The notes: generated by a model from the sequence alone, not told the origin. A DNA stretch of 64,000 bases from Oopsacas minuta (GCA_024704765.1 JAKMXF010000336.1:198599-262598), one strand, 5' to 3'. Positions 1-10,613 are shown, counted from the first letter of the stretch. A program made the numbers and translations.

Positions 1-80
1 CTTCTCTCAACGAGTTCTTGAACGGTGCATATAGGGATTTTTGACCACATTAAAAAAGTTGGGGGGTGTAAGATTCTGCA

Positions 81-175
81 ATTGTACCCTTAAATTTGAC
101 TAAAATGGATGTAGTTTTGTTTGGATAAGTTGATTCCATAGGTAAATTCCGAAATTTGCAGGATTTGAAAACGTT
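81..175. repeat. Dispersed repeat, inverted copy at ~15380-15475
   Basis: Reverse complement of 81-175 aligns by eye to 15380-15475 (TTTTCAAATCCTGCAAATTT...GGAATCAACT...AAAACTACATC...TAGTCAAA). Confidence 0.7.
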
Positions 176-344
176 AGGTTAATGAAAAATTACTTTATTA
201 ATTTGCTAAGAAGGATTGTGATAATTGAGAATGGAGTGATTAGTTTTATCTGCACTCATGAATCTAAAACAACTACATTTATTCTTGACTATTATTAGCC
301 TTTCACTGTTAACACAGTTGAAAACTGATGTTTACGTACCCTGA

Positions 345-1073
345 AAATACACAGTCCCTCATCCTAATGGAGAATGCTGTATCTGTTCAGATGAAGGAGG
401 GCTCAAGCTTAAGTGTGGACATTACATGTGTCCAGATGATATACTAGACAATGCTTGGCAGCAAATAAAAACACTCAAACACGAAATTAGTTGTGCTAGC
501 TGCACAAAAATAGTTGATATTGATGACATCATAATACTTGGACTGCCTAATGATGAAGAGAAGCAATTTCTAACTGCAGCGTTGTCAGTTAACTTCTGCG
601 CCAGCCAAGATATACAACAGTGTATTCGTTGTAAAAGCTATTGTCAGCGTAAAAACGAAGACAGCCCTCAGGTTAATTGTCTTGTCTGTACAAAGAATAT
701 GATTAAACCCTATCTCTTCTGTTGGTATTGTCTTGGAGAATGGAAAAATGCCCCAACTGAAGGCAAAAACTGTGGGAATTCAAACTGCAAGAAAGAAAAG
801 ATCGTACAGCTAAAGTCTGCACCAATGATTGATTTCAAAGATAGGAAAGGAAAAACAGTCAAAGTTCCTAAAATAAGAGCCTGTCCTGACTGCACAACTA
901 TACTTGAACATAATGGTGGTTGCAACGAGATGACATGCGATTATTGCAAGCATATATTTTGTTTTATTTGCTTAACTCCGACTACAAGAGGCAGTCTGAT
1001 TTGCAAGAGTACTACCTGGAACCCAAATGCTACCATAGCCTGTGTACCAGCACCAATACAAGCCAATGTATGA
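345..1073 (+). CDS. RBR (RING1-IBR-RING2) E3 ubiquitin ligase, copy 1; N-terminally incomplete
   Basis: Frame open from 345, with an in-frame TGA at 342. Reads [25 protein letters not shown] (RING1), CIRC..CLVC..FCWYC (IBR), [21 protein letters not shown] (RING2). Nearly identical to 12329-13165. Homology starts abruptly at 355, after a possible CAG acceptor. Confidence 0.85.
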   Translation, partial: KYTVPHPNGECCICSDEGGLKLKCGHYMCPDDILDNAWQQIKTLKHEISCASCTKIVDIDDIIILGLPNDEEKQFLTAALSVNFCASQDIQQCIRCKSYCQRKNEDSPQVNCLVCTKNMIKPYLFCWYCLGEWKNAPTEGKNCGNSNCKKEKIVQLKSAPMIDFKDRKGKTVKVPKIRACPDCTTILEHNGGCNEMTCDYCKHIFCFICLTPTTRGSLICKSTTWNPNATIACVPAPIQANV

Positions 1074-1199
1074 TATTCATTATTATCGATAATGGTATAG
1101 AAACAGGAATGATTGTTGTGTTGCTAACCTTTATTCATTGTTTTTGTTTTGAAATTTTCCAAGATGAAACAGCTCCATAAATTGAATTTTATTCTTGTT

Positions 1200-1330
1200 A
1201 ATGGTATTATAGTATAATACAGTTATTTAACGCAATCCACCTTTATTGATTTGCGTTAGCGTAACAAATTTTACCACAAGTGCAGCTCCAATAGGGAGAT
1301 GCCCTAATGGCTTGGATGATGTGCTATGTC
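1200..1330. repeat. 3' flank shared with RBR copy 2 (inverted, ~12120-12245); part recurs at ~33925-34010
   Basis: CCAATAGGGAGATGCCCTAATGG...GGATGAT matches the reverse complement of 12120-12160. CCTATAGGGAGATGCCATAATTGCATGGA occurs in an usherin intron. Confidence 0.7.
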
Positions 1331-1683
1331 TGTATATTACTGAATTAGCCAGGAAGTATTGTGAGTTATTTACTATTAATTGTATATAATTCCCTCGGGT
1401 TTAATGGAATAACTATACTAAAGGTTAGAAACTATTCATTTTTGCAATATTTATAGAACTCAAGTTCTATTTAACAGTTTCTTATATTCAATTATGTATA
1501 ATACAGTATATTTCGACTATTGCCAACGGATGTTACGAAGAGTGATGTAAAAGGGAAGCTTGAAATTATATACTTGTTGATTTCGCTATTGTTGTAAGAT
1601 AATCAATATTATCATAACTCTTGGTTCTATATTAATGAATTTTTTACATTTTGTATGATAGGCCACAGTAGAATGATGAGTAC

Positions 1684-1865
1684 CAGGGTTTTATCCAGGC
1701 GTATGCCACGCGTCTACAAGCGCATAATTTCAGCAAAAATAGATCTAGGCGTGTCAAAATTCGCAGAAGACCCATACCGTAATACTAAATATATACTCTA
1801 GGCGCACATAAATATGAATGCGAACATTTTAGGCGTATGGTTCAGAAAACCTGGATGAAACCCTG
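1684..1865. mobile_element. hAT-type MITE
   Basis: Terminal inverted repeats CAGGGTTTTATCCAGG / CCTGGATGAAACCCTG, with a perfect 8-bp target-site duplication ATGAGTAC (1676-1683 and 1866-1873). Confidence 0.9.
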
Positions 1866-2338
1866 ATGAGTACAGTTTGTGAAACGAAAATAGTAATTAT
1901 ATTGTTCAAAGTAGCACTAGTAGTTAGAGAGACCATTTGTACAGTGGTTTATTACATTAATTTTATCCTACCTCTGATTATGTAAACGCATGCGACGTTT
2001 AGAATGGTAAAGTGATTTGTTATGGTCTACTATAACGGGTCCGGGGTGGAACAATCATGTGCTGAAATCAACTGAAGCAGCATTCTAAATAATTCGGATC
2101 GAAGTTCAATTCCGCAATTAGATACACGTATATTCCGCTAAACATAAATGCAAATCATTAGTAGTATAAATACTTTCGATTGTACTTTTACAAGTGAATC
2201 ATATTTCTAGATTGTACATATATGATATATTTTGGATGCTAACCGTAATTACATATGAAATATAGTCTAAACACAAATCATATAATACACATATAAATAC
2301 CACTATAAATCAAATATCCACACAAACCAATCATTACA

Positions 2339-3523
2339 ATGACACACCTCTTATACAATGCATATCACATCGCTGTTACATCCCAAAGATTCATTCTCAT
2401 TCCTGCTTTTGTGATTGTATTCTGCTTGACTTTCCTATGGAATATTTACTTCGTAAAGAGAATAATATATTCCGCGAGATTGTACCATGAGTCGATGCGT
2501 TTATCAAAGATAGATACACTCGGAAATTTCATCAATTTGGCATTTCAATACAGAATTGATTTTATCAAATATTCGTTCATGTTAGCTCTCAACATTACTG
2601 AAATCTTAGGTACAATATTCTACGGAATTGGGTATGTAACCTCTGAATATTCCTTCGCAAGAAATACAAGTATTCAATTCCTTGATCGGTTTCAGAACGC
2701 TAGTTGTATTCATGAACTACGTTCACATTTCTTCGTACATTTGGTTCTATTCACTAACATGCCTGTTGGAGCTATGTGTATCGCATTGGGACAGGTTTCA
2801 CTGTTGCTCTCCATTGGTCTATGCATTTGCTTAATGAAGTATATGCATGAAAGTTACTACTTATCGCATAGGATATCCAAATCTTGCAAACGTTTTCTTA
2901 TCCTATCGATTGTATTGAGTGTTATCTTACTAATTCTGGGCTCTGTGCCTCAACTGTTGATGGTTAGAGATATCATTGAACCGATTATTATATTCACATA
3001 CTTTTGTATTTGGTTAAAATACGCTCGCATATTTCATCGCACTTTGAAGCAACAGACAATCGATTTGACTATAATAGATCGATCGGAGGCTAGCATAAAG
3101 AAATCAATTAAAGTGTCTTTTCATTTCGCAGTTATCATGTCTATAAATGCAGTGGGCATTGGCTGCTTCATTTTAGCAGAGACCCTCAGTGAATTTCTGA
3201 ATTTTATCTCAGTTTTACTTTACTTTGGCCCTTGTATCTACACCTATCTATATGGTACAGGAAGATATACACAATTTTTAACAACACCCCAACACATTGA
3301 AGCTCTATTTCAATCCCTCAAGCTACTCGGTACACTCAGTAGTTTATTAGTCACGTTGGCGCCTATATTAATTTGTGCACAGTATATACCTATTACTTTG
3401 TTATTTTTTGGAGCTAATATTTGGAAGGATCTGAAGTCCCGTTTTGGATTTGGAAAACCAATCAGATATAGATATACGCCTAGTCTTGGACAAGGACTAT
3501 TGTCTAAATATGATTTTAATTGA
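2339..3523 (+). CDS. Intronless orphan 7TM (GPCR-like topology) protein, 394 aa
   Basis: About seven hydrophobic segments. Loops 1, 3 and 5 are basic; loop 2 has N-glycosylation sequons and a Cys. Layout matches the 25233 and 54092 genes. Confidence 0.8.
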   Translation: MTHLLYNAYHIAVTSQRFILIPAFVIVFCLTFLWNIYFVKRIIYSARLYHESMRLSKIDTLGNFINLAFQYRIDFIKYSFMLALNITEILGTIFYGIGYVTSEYSFARNTSIQFLDRFQNASCIHELRSHFFVHLVLFTNMPVGAMCIALGQVSLLLSIGLCICLMKYMHESYYLSHRISKSCKRFLILSIVLSVILLILGSVPQLLMVRDIIEPIIIFTYFCIWLKYARIFHRTLKQQTIDLTIIDRSEASIKKSIKVSFHFAVIMSINAVGIGCFILAETLSEFLNFISVLLYFGPCIYTYLYGTGRYTQFLTTPQHIEALFQSLKLLGTLSSLLVTLAPILICAQYIPITLLFFGANIWKDLKSRFGFGKPIRYRYTPSLGQGLLSKYDFN

Positions 3524-3934
3524 CTTATTGTATGCGCACCTACTTAAGCTATGTTTAAATACCAAATATGTTGTATTAAACTATTCATCAAGTAATATTT
3601 ATTGGCCCAAAGTGTCTTTTGATAACTAAAATAGCAGGTTGAAATATGCTGTGACAACAATTAGTGTATTTCTCAACCTTGGGTTAATGGACGACACCCA
3701 GGGAGGCCACAGGATATCAAAGTTTATATTGCAATCAATGGAAGGGGTCCACGTAATGTAAAATTTGGTATTATTCCACTGGTGAAAAAGGTTGATAATA
3801 CCGTGTAACAGCTGAATTAGGGTTTGTTTCACTCTATTCCATCAAATTTTGTCTCAAAAACATAATTAGTAATATATTAGTTGAGAACCACTGGATGCCT
3901 GGAATAAATGTAATTACATCTGTTTCCAACCTTT

Positions 3935-4170
3935 TCGCCCATGAACCGGAAATGGAACCGATCAGCTTATCCTTGACCCGGCCGGTCAATGTCTACTAAC
4001 AATAATTATTAAATAATGCTAAACAATATTACCAATTCTAACTATAATTATTATAGCGAAACAATGATTGATTTTTACATAGGTGTCAATACACAATTTA
4101 GGGCAATAATCCATTTATCGAACTCGATCGGCCGGTCAAACTTGACCGGTTCCATCTCTGCCATGGGCCT
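3935..4170. mobile_element. Degenerate MITE
   Basis: Imperfect TIRs GCCCATG..ATGGAACCG / CGGTTCCAT..CATGGGC with internal CCGGCCGGTCAA repeats. No clear TSD. Confidence 0.55.
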
Positions 4171-4537
4171 CCTATACTAATTTTAATATATTCCGTTGAC
4201 CCCTTCCATAAACTCCAATACAAATGTTAAGATCCTATGGACTCCTTGCTGATGTTTACGGACCACTAAAGGCTCCATTCATCCCAGATTGGGAACCGCT
4301 GTATTAACCGATCACGGCTGAAATTTACGTTCGCAATGAAGAGGAACATAAAATTTCCACTTCGTTTTAGCCAATTTCCGCATCAAAAACCAGTTTTTAG
4401 CACCTTTTTGACATCATAAAATCACAATATGTATATTGAAAATTTGAAAACAAAGATCTCACCAAATGTACTGCTATTACTTCTCATATTGTCCAAATTC
4501 TCAATTACACATTTATTCAAGTTCAAGGAAACATACA

Positions 4538-5697
4538 TTATAACAGGTGTAGTTTGAGATCAGAGATTACACCATTCAGTTTAGCATCTTCAAGTGCTTT
4601 CCTCAATCCATACTTATTGTATTCAGGAACATCAGATGATTCCCCTTGGAGAGGAGCCTTTTGTTTCCACATACTTAGAGTTGCCAAAATTTTGTCTGTG
4701 TTGTTTGGTTTGTCACATATTTGATTATTGTGCTCAGTTACCCCTAAACCAAAACCTACCACTGCTAGCTCTGATAAACGATCTGCAGGAATCTTTTTGG
4801 ATATCTCAAAATGATAAGCATCAGAGATCTCAATAGTCTCTCCTAGAAGAAGTTATAATAATTGACAGTCAACTTTCCTTATATTGAACACTACAGAACT
4901 CAGATAAGACATAGCCACTCAGGAAACAAAAAATATTAAGTAAATAACCGATATACTTCTTATCTGAATATTTTCAAATTCAATTAGCACAAAATTGATG
5001 ATCCTTTATTAAGAAAAGTAAGTCTTAAGCCGAGTACGCATAACCGAGTTATACTGTATCTAGATACCCGCATTATCGAAGTCTAAAATTTTACGAAAGT
5101 GCACCCAAACCGTCATAGTGGCATAAACGTCATCGTTTATATCGAACTCCGCTTATAAATCAAGAATGAACATTTTTGCTTTGGCAATTAGCATGACGTT
5201 TGGCTTATGGCAAGAATATGATATGAAATTTCCCATTTTTTGACGTGACCTTTGTGGGCACATCATCTGGCTACACTGAAATACTGGGAACATTTAGAAC
5301 AGCTAGGAATTTTGCAAAAACTCCAGGAAATTTATTAATGGTTGGGAAGTATGTACATAATCTAATTCTCACTGGTTGGAGGTTGTTCCCTAACGCAGAC
5401 TGAGGAGGGGATTTCTCCACTGGGCGGTGCATATATCCTCATATACTCCTCAACCAAAACCAAACACTCTTTCATTTCCATAACTTTAAAAATCCGGTAG
5501 AGTATATTCACTTTATTCTCTTTATAGTAGCCCTGATCTAGTAAGTCCTTGAATAGGTCTAGGATAGATTTTTTGGAGTCAAATTTATTTTTCAAGAAGC
5601 CAGGTGCTCCCAATGCGAATCTAAACTTCTTAGCGTAATCATCTTTGTCTTTTATAATCCTCACAAGCTCCATCTTTAATTTGACGATCGGATCCAT
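4538..5697 (-). CDS. FADD-like adaptor: death effector domain (exon 5697-5373) plus Death domain (exon 4842-4538), 209 aa
   Basis: Donor ACCA|GTGAGA and acceptor TTCTTCTAG|GA join in phase 1, giving 630 nt. Exon 1 reads ILDLFKDLLDQGYYKENKVNILYRIF (DED-like). Exon 2 reads ISKKIPADRLSELAVVGFGLG..KILATLSMWKQK..GLRKALEDAKL (Death-domain-like). Confidence 0.75.
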
Positions 5698-7029
5698 TAT
5701 CTAAGAATTAGATTAAGTCAATACTCTGTATGAAAATTGCAAACAATACAGTACTGGTTGGTAGAACCATCCACATTGGGTGTCCTGGCTGGCAAGCATT
5801 TGAAACTCTGAAGCCCACTTTTGACATTCGAATTTTACGACTATTTGAGTTCATTCTTAATAAGATTTGTCCTATATTTTTCAGAAAACTTTTTGGCTGT
5901 CTCACTAATGGAATGGAGTATCCGCAGTATGTTTATCCAAGTTTTGCCATATACACCACTATAGTTGCCAACTTTTGAAAATTTCTATCCGTGAGATCGT
6001 CAAGGTTATTGTTATGTATTTTGAAAACGAACTTGTGAATCATTAATACGATTTAGCTACAATAATGACCTAACACAGTTCTCTTCGTGTTAACTTCAGG
6101 GGCATAACATTAGATATTAAAGTGAGAATGCAAAAGTTAAAGTGAGCTCGGGTGTAATCTATGAGGCTTGACAACTATGCACCACATTGCGAGATTCATT
6201 TAACTGTGTGGTCGTCGAAGCAGGCCCTACCTCTACACTATTTTGTGAGGTACCGTACCATGAAAATCCCCGATTCCGAAACTAAATGCAATGTGCGCCG
6301 CTTTTGCAATTTTTAAGTGAATTTGTGTATACAGTTTCATTCAAAATTGTCTCTGCCACCATAAACCCAATAACTTCACCCTGGGGAGTTGCACTATATA
6401 CCGATTTCCCTGGACAAACGCCTGGAACTAAGCCGGATTAGCCAAAAAATCAAACCTACTCAACTCATTTGACTTCTTTCACAACGAATACCGCCACACG
6501 CGAAATTCATTGATACCTCTATGTAAATATCACATAGATACAGTCACTGCCTCGATGCCTGGGGGCAAGACCCTCACAGATACCCAAACTTTCCGCCTAT
6601 GTGTGTACAATCTATAAATATAAATACATAATAGAATTAACCTGCCAACAAATTATAAGATAATCTCAATTACCCACCACTCTACTGTGCATACATTATA
6701 CAAGTATCATATTTCTGTATTATATTTGTAAATTCATTCATCTCTCTAATAACAGTAGAATGAAATGCTGCTGCATACAGAAGACTTGGTAACTCGACCA
6801 GGAACAGAACCATACAAATAGTGTTAATTTAATTCGGAACCAACACCTTTATTCGGCTTAATTGGGTAAAAAGGCCTTGTTCCGATGTGATCCAATATTT
6901 GGTATTTAGTGTTTATGGTTGTAAGCCAATACTCAGGTCATAAGTATTGGTGCAACTGTTTACCAATGTGTTCATTAATTGGTCAACTAGACCAACCTTC
7001 TCTCTAGGTTTGTCCAGGTAACCAATTGA

Positions 7030-7300
7030 TTGCTAGCTTCATATATTTTGTATAGGACAACAGGCACATGTTTCCGATCTTCTTATGACAGTATTCATAA
7101 AGCCCACAATACAAGATGCAAATTGTTGCATAAGTATGCAACAATGTAGGCTTTATGAATACATAGATGATAGATGACACCAGTAGCGCCATACTTTGCA
7201 CATTACATAAAAAAGGCAAGAAGTATAATCTGTCCACGCCCAGGTTATACCCTGTATATCCGGAGCTAGGGCAGATTATACCCCCATGGGTGCAGTTATT
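7030..7300. repeat. Repeat with iterated CAGATTATACCC motif, 3' of each LRR-EGF gene; copies at ~16990-17260, ~24820-25030, ~57350-57600
   Basis: Recurrent GGACAGATTATACC(C/G) units and shared flanking sequence, seen by eye. Confidence 0.65.
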
Positions 7301-7501
7301 ACAAAGATAACACTAAACTAGAGCACACAGCTATTTGTATATACAAAAAGAATCTCTGACTAGATATGAATACAGAGCTTAGAGTTAGTAAGAATCTAGT
7401 ATACATTACTGTGGATGCCTAAATATACACACTATGAGGTTAACCTATAGTATAATCCCTGAGATAGATAATCTAAAGTAAAGTCAATGATGAACTTGAT
7501 A

Positions 7502-10363
7502 TCAGTGTGTCTGCACACTTCCAGAGTAAATTTCTGCAATAAGGTTTGGATCTTTCTTTTCGATTAGTTCAGATTCTATAGCAGTTGTATTCTTCAATTC
7601 ATCAGTCTGTCCTGATTCGTGCATGCAATAAATTTCACTACTATATCCAGCTCTAAGGATTCTATGGTTGTTCGTGGCTTTTCCTTTGAGAATACCTTGT
7701 AGTTTGTTAACCTTTCTGACAAAATACAAGAACAACGCTATAAACATGAGTATTAGGAAAACATTGGACACTAAAGAAATACTCATAAAAATTACTGTTG
7801 GTTGGTACCATTCAAATTGGTTTTGAGGTGAAATGGCTTGTGGCGTAAATGAGGATGTCGGATCTGAAGTTTGATACGTAGCATTTCCTAGCGTATCAAC
7901 ATTGGGGCAAGAAAGATTATGGATAGTGATGTTGAATCCACCTTTACAAGAATATATGTGTTCCATTTCATTAATGCAACTTTTTTCCATCAATTCACAT
8001 TCTATTCCATCCTCACAGTGAGTTTTATTGTAGAGTTGGTGTCCATAATCACAATAACATTCAAATGAACCTATGAAATTTCTACAACCAAACTCACAAC
8101 CTCCATTCCATTCATAACACCCATTTACGTCTTCACAATCATATCCATTTGGAGAAACTGTGTATCCTTCATTACATGTGCAATAGTACGAACCTTCTGT
8201 GTTCTCACAGGCATGCTCACAATTCGTTTCCTCATCGCATTCATCCACATCTTTGCATTCACCTGAATTGTGCAGTGAATAACCAATAGGACAGTTTGTT
8301 GGCGATTCAGTTGATACTGTTGTAGAGGGTAATGTTGAGTCAGGGAAGCTATGGCAAGTCAGATTTGTGATTGTGAGATTGAATCCTCCATGACAAACGA
8401 AGCGATATTCTTCATCACCGCTACTATCTACCACGTCACATTGTATGTTGCTTTCACAATGAGTTTTGTTGATCAGCTGACGACCATCCTGACAATAACA
8501 CAGATATGAACCGATTATATTTTGACATCCAAACTCACATCCTCCATTCCCTTCCTGGCACTCGTTAATATCATCACAAGCATATCCATTAGCAGCTAAG
8601 GTGTATCCTTCATCACAAACACAAAGATATGAACCTTCTGTGTTCTCACAGGCGTATGCACAATCAGTTGCCTCGTTACACTCATCAAAATCTTTGCATT
8701 CACCAGAGTTGTGCAGTGAATATCCTATCGGACAAAAGGTTGGTGATATTGTTGACTGTGCTGTTGAACAAGTTGGCGTTGTAATTGTAGTGCTTTGACA
8801 AGTGAAGTTTGTAATTGTCAGATTGAACCCACCATCACAAATGAATTGATATTCTTCATTGTTACTACTATCAACCACGTCACATTGAATATCGCTCTCA
8901 CAATGAGTTATATTAATCAGCTGATGTCCGTACTCACAATAACACAAATATGAACCTATGGTATTGCCACAACCAAACTCACATCCTCCATTTCCTATCT
9001 TACACTCATTCACATCATCACAAACATATCCATTTGTAGCTAGCTTGTATCCTTCTTCACACACACAATGGTATGAACCTTCTGTGTTCTCACAGACATG
9101 CTCGCATTCAGTTCCCACTCCGCATTCATCTTCATCTACACATTCTCCTGAACTATGTTGTAGATAACCTACAGGGCAACCACAAAAGTAACCATCTTGT
9201 GTATTATGACATACTTGATTACTAGGACAGGTTGTGGACTTGTCAAAGCATTGATATGATTCTGTTTGTGAGCAATTTGTATACAGCTGTGGATTACTAA
9301 TATCTTTGTTGAGGAAATTGTTTGGTTCAGAACAAAAACCATTGTATATATATACCCCATATTGCGATACAATTGACGTCCATTGTAATCTACAATCGCA
9401 GGCGAAAGGGTCGTTTAGATATATGCTGGTTAGTGATTTCATTTGCTGGAAAACATACGGTTCTAGAGTATGATAATCATTGTACTGTAAGGATAGCCCC
9501 ACGACAGATGTGGATTTCAACAGTGCTTCAATAGGAAATTCTGGATTCTCATCTAATCCCAGGTATGTCAATTGAGTTAAACCTTCGAAACCATTATTTG
9601 ATGCAGTCTTTATTCCATTATTTGGAAGATAGAGTCTTAACAGACTTGAGAGTTCACTGAATGTACCATCCTCAATACTACTTAATTTATTTTTGTCAAA
9701 GCTCAGATATGTTAACGAGTTCAAACCATCCAATGCTCCATTAGTTATGCTATTGAAATCTGAGTTATAGAACCTTAGGTAAACCAAGTTTGATAATCCT
9801 CTAACAATTGTGTTATCAAATGTACGCGTGGACGCACCTACTATTCTAACGCTGAGAGACCTTAGATATTGAAGATTTGTAAACGATGGTGTTTCTTTTG
9901 TAATACAATAACCCACGAAGATATATTTTAGACCTGTGAAGTAATTGAAAAAGTTACCAGACTCGAGCTGGATATGATAGTTACTATAAATAGTTATCCT
10001 CCTCAAGCCAGTGTTTTGACTAGATGTAGTTAACCGGATATTGTCATGATCTTGGACATTGTAAATGTTTAATAGTTGGATATTTGAGGCTAATTCTATA
10101 TCAATGATTAGGTTCCCGTATACTGTTGATACGTAGTTTTTGTAGATATATATTGTAACAAACGCTGTACTCTGACCGCTACAGTTGCTTAACAAACTCT
10201 TGATGACCTGAGTATCATTATTGGTGATGTAGCACTGTAGATCGTTACTATAATAATCACAATACCCTGCTCCATTAGAGCAATCGACAGCTTCAACCAC
10301 TGCATAATAATACAAATATGTCACCAAACCTAACAACAGACAGATATTACCGAACTTCCCCAT
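7502..10363 (-). CDS. Intronless type-I membrane LRR-EGF receptor, paralog A (953 aa, 3 EGF modules)
   Basis: Signal peptide, Cys N-cap, LRRs (LxxLxLxxNxL), LRRCT (PFACDCRL), calcium-binding EGF repeats (DxDEC..CxNTxGSYxCxC), S/T/P linkers, TM helix (VIFMSISLVSNVFLILMFIALFLYFV), Tyr-containing tail. Confidence 0.93.
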   Translation of the reverse strand: MGKFGNICLLLGLVTYLYYYAVVEAVDCSNGAGYCDYYSNDLQCYITNNDTQVIKSLLSNCSGQSTAFVTIYIYKNYVSTVYGNLIIDIELASNIQLLNIYNVQDHDNIRLTTSSQNTGLRRITIYSNYHIQLESGNFFNYFTGLKYIFVGYCITKETPSFTNLQYLRSLSVRIVGASTRTFDNTIVRGLSNLVYLRFYNSDFNSITNGALDGLNSLTYLSFDKNKLSSIEDGTFSELSSLLRLYLPNNGIKTASNNGFEGLTQLTYLGLDENPEFPIEALLKSTSVVGLSLQYNDYHTLEPYVFQQMKSLTSIYLNDPFACDCRLQWTSIVSQYGVYIYNGFCSEPNNFLNKDISNPQLYTNCSQTESYQCFDKSTTCPSNQVCHNTQDGYFCGCPVGYLQHSSGECVDEDECGVGTECEHVCENTEGSYHCVCEEGYKLATNGYVCDDVNECKIGNGGCEFGCGNTIGSYLCYCEYGHQLINITHCESDIQCDVVDSSNNEEYQFICDGGFNLTITNFTCQSTTITTPTCSTAQSTISPTFCPIGYSLHNSGECKDFDECNEATDCAYACENTEGSYLCVCDEGYTLAANGYACDDINECQEGNGGCEFGCQNIIGSYLCYCQDGRQLINKTHCESNIQCDVVDSSGDEEYRFVCHGGFNLTITNLTCHSFPDSTLPSTTVSTESPTNCPIGYSLHNSGECKDVDECDEETNCEHACENTEGSYYCTCNEGYTVSPNGYDCEDVNGCYEWNGGCEFGCRNFIGSFECYCDYGHQLYNKTHCEDGIECELMEKSCINEMEHIYSCKGGFNITIHNLSCPNVDTLGNATYQTSDPTSSFTPQAISPQNQFEWYQPTVIFMSISLVSNVFLILMFIALFLYFVRKVNKLQGILKGKATNNHRILRAGYSSEIYCMHESGQTDELKNTTAIESELIEKKDPNLIAEIYSGSVQTH

Positions 10364-10613
10364 AACGAATACGGATCAAATGAAACTACCTGTTGTTCAG
10401 CAAATTTGAGCAATGAGTCGGAAAAGTAATGATTATTTGATTATTTGATTATTTGATAAGAATCTAGCATTTATATTCATAGCCGGAGCTGATATCGATA
10501 TCTTATTATTAGTTGCCTTATTTGGATTGTAGATGACGGAATATATCTATTTCAAGTGTAATTTTATATCATATATATCCATACTATTAAAACTCAATTA
10601 ATCTGTGTGTATG

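Noticed and set aside
1862-1895. Hammerhead-like CTGATGAG..CGAAA
   Set aside because: The CTGATGA is created by the MITE end plus its TSD, and no proper stem II or flanking stems are visible.
3665-3810. Exon-like frame CISQPWVNGRHPGRPQDIKVYIAING..
   Set aside because: No partner exons and no recognisable domain.
5708-5978. ORFs 5708-5905 (-) and 5730-5978 (+) upstream of the FADD-like gene
   Set aside because: No motifs, and other frames are interrupted. I could not link them to the adaptor by a credible splice.
8601-9534. Short antisense or alternate-frame ORFs over the receptor genes (also 17900-20318 and 58474-60210) and over the RBR, 7TM and usherin exons
   Set aside because: Shadows of the real CDS. 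They recur only because the underlying modules are repeated.
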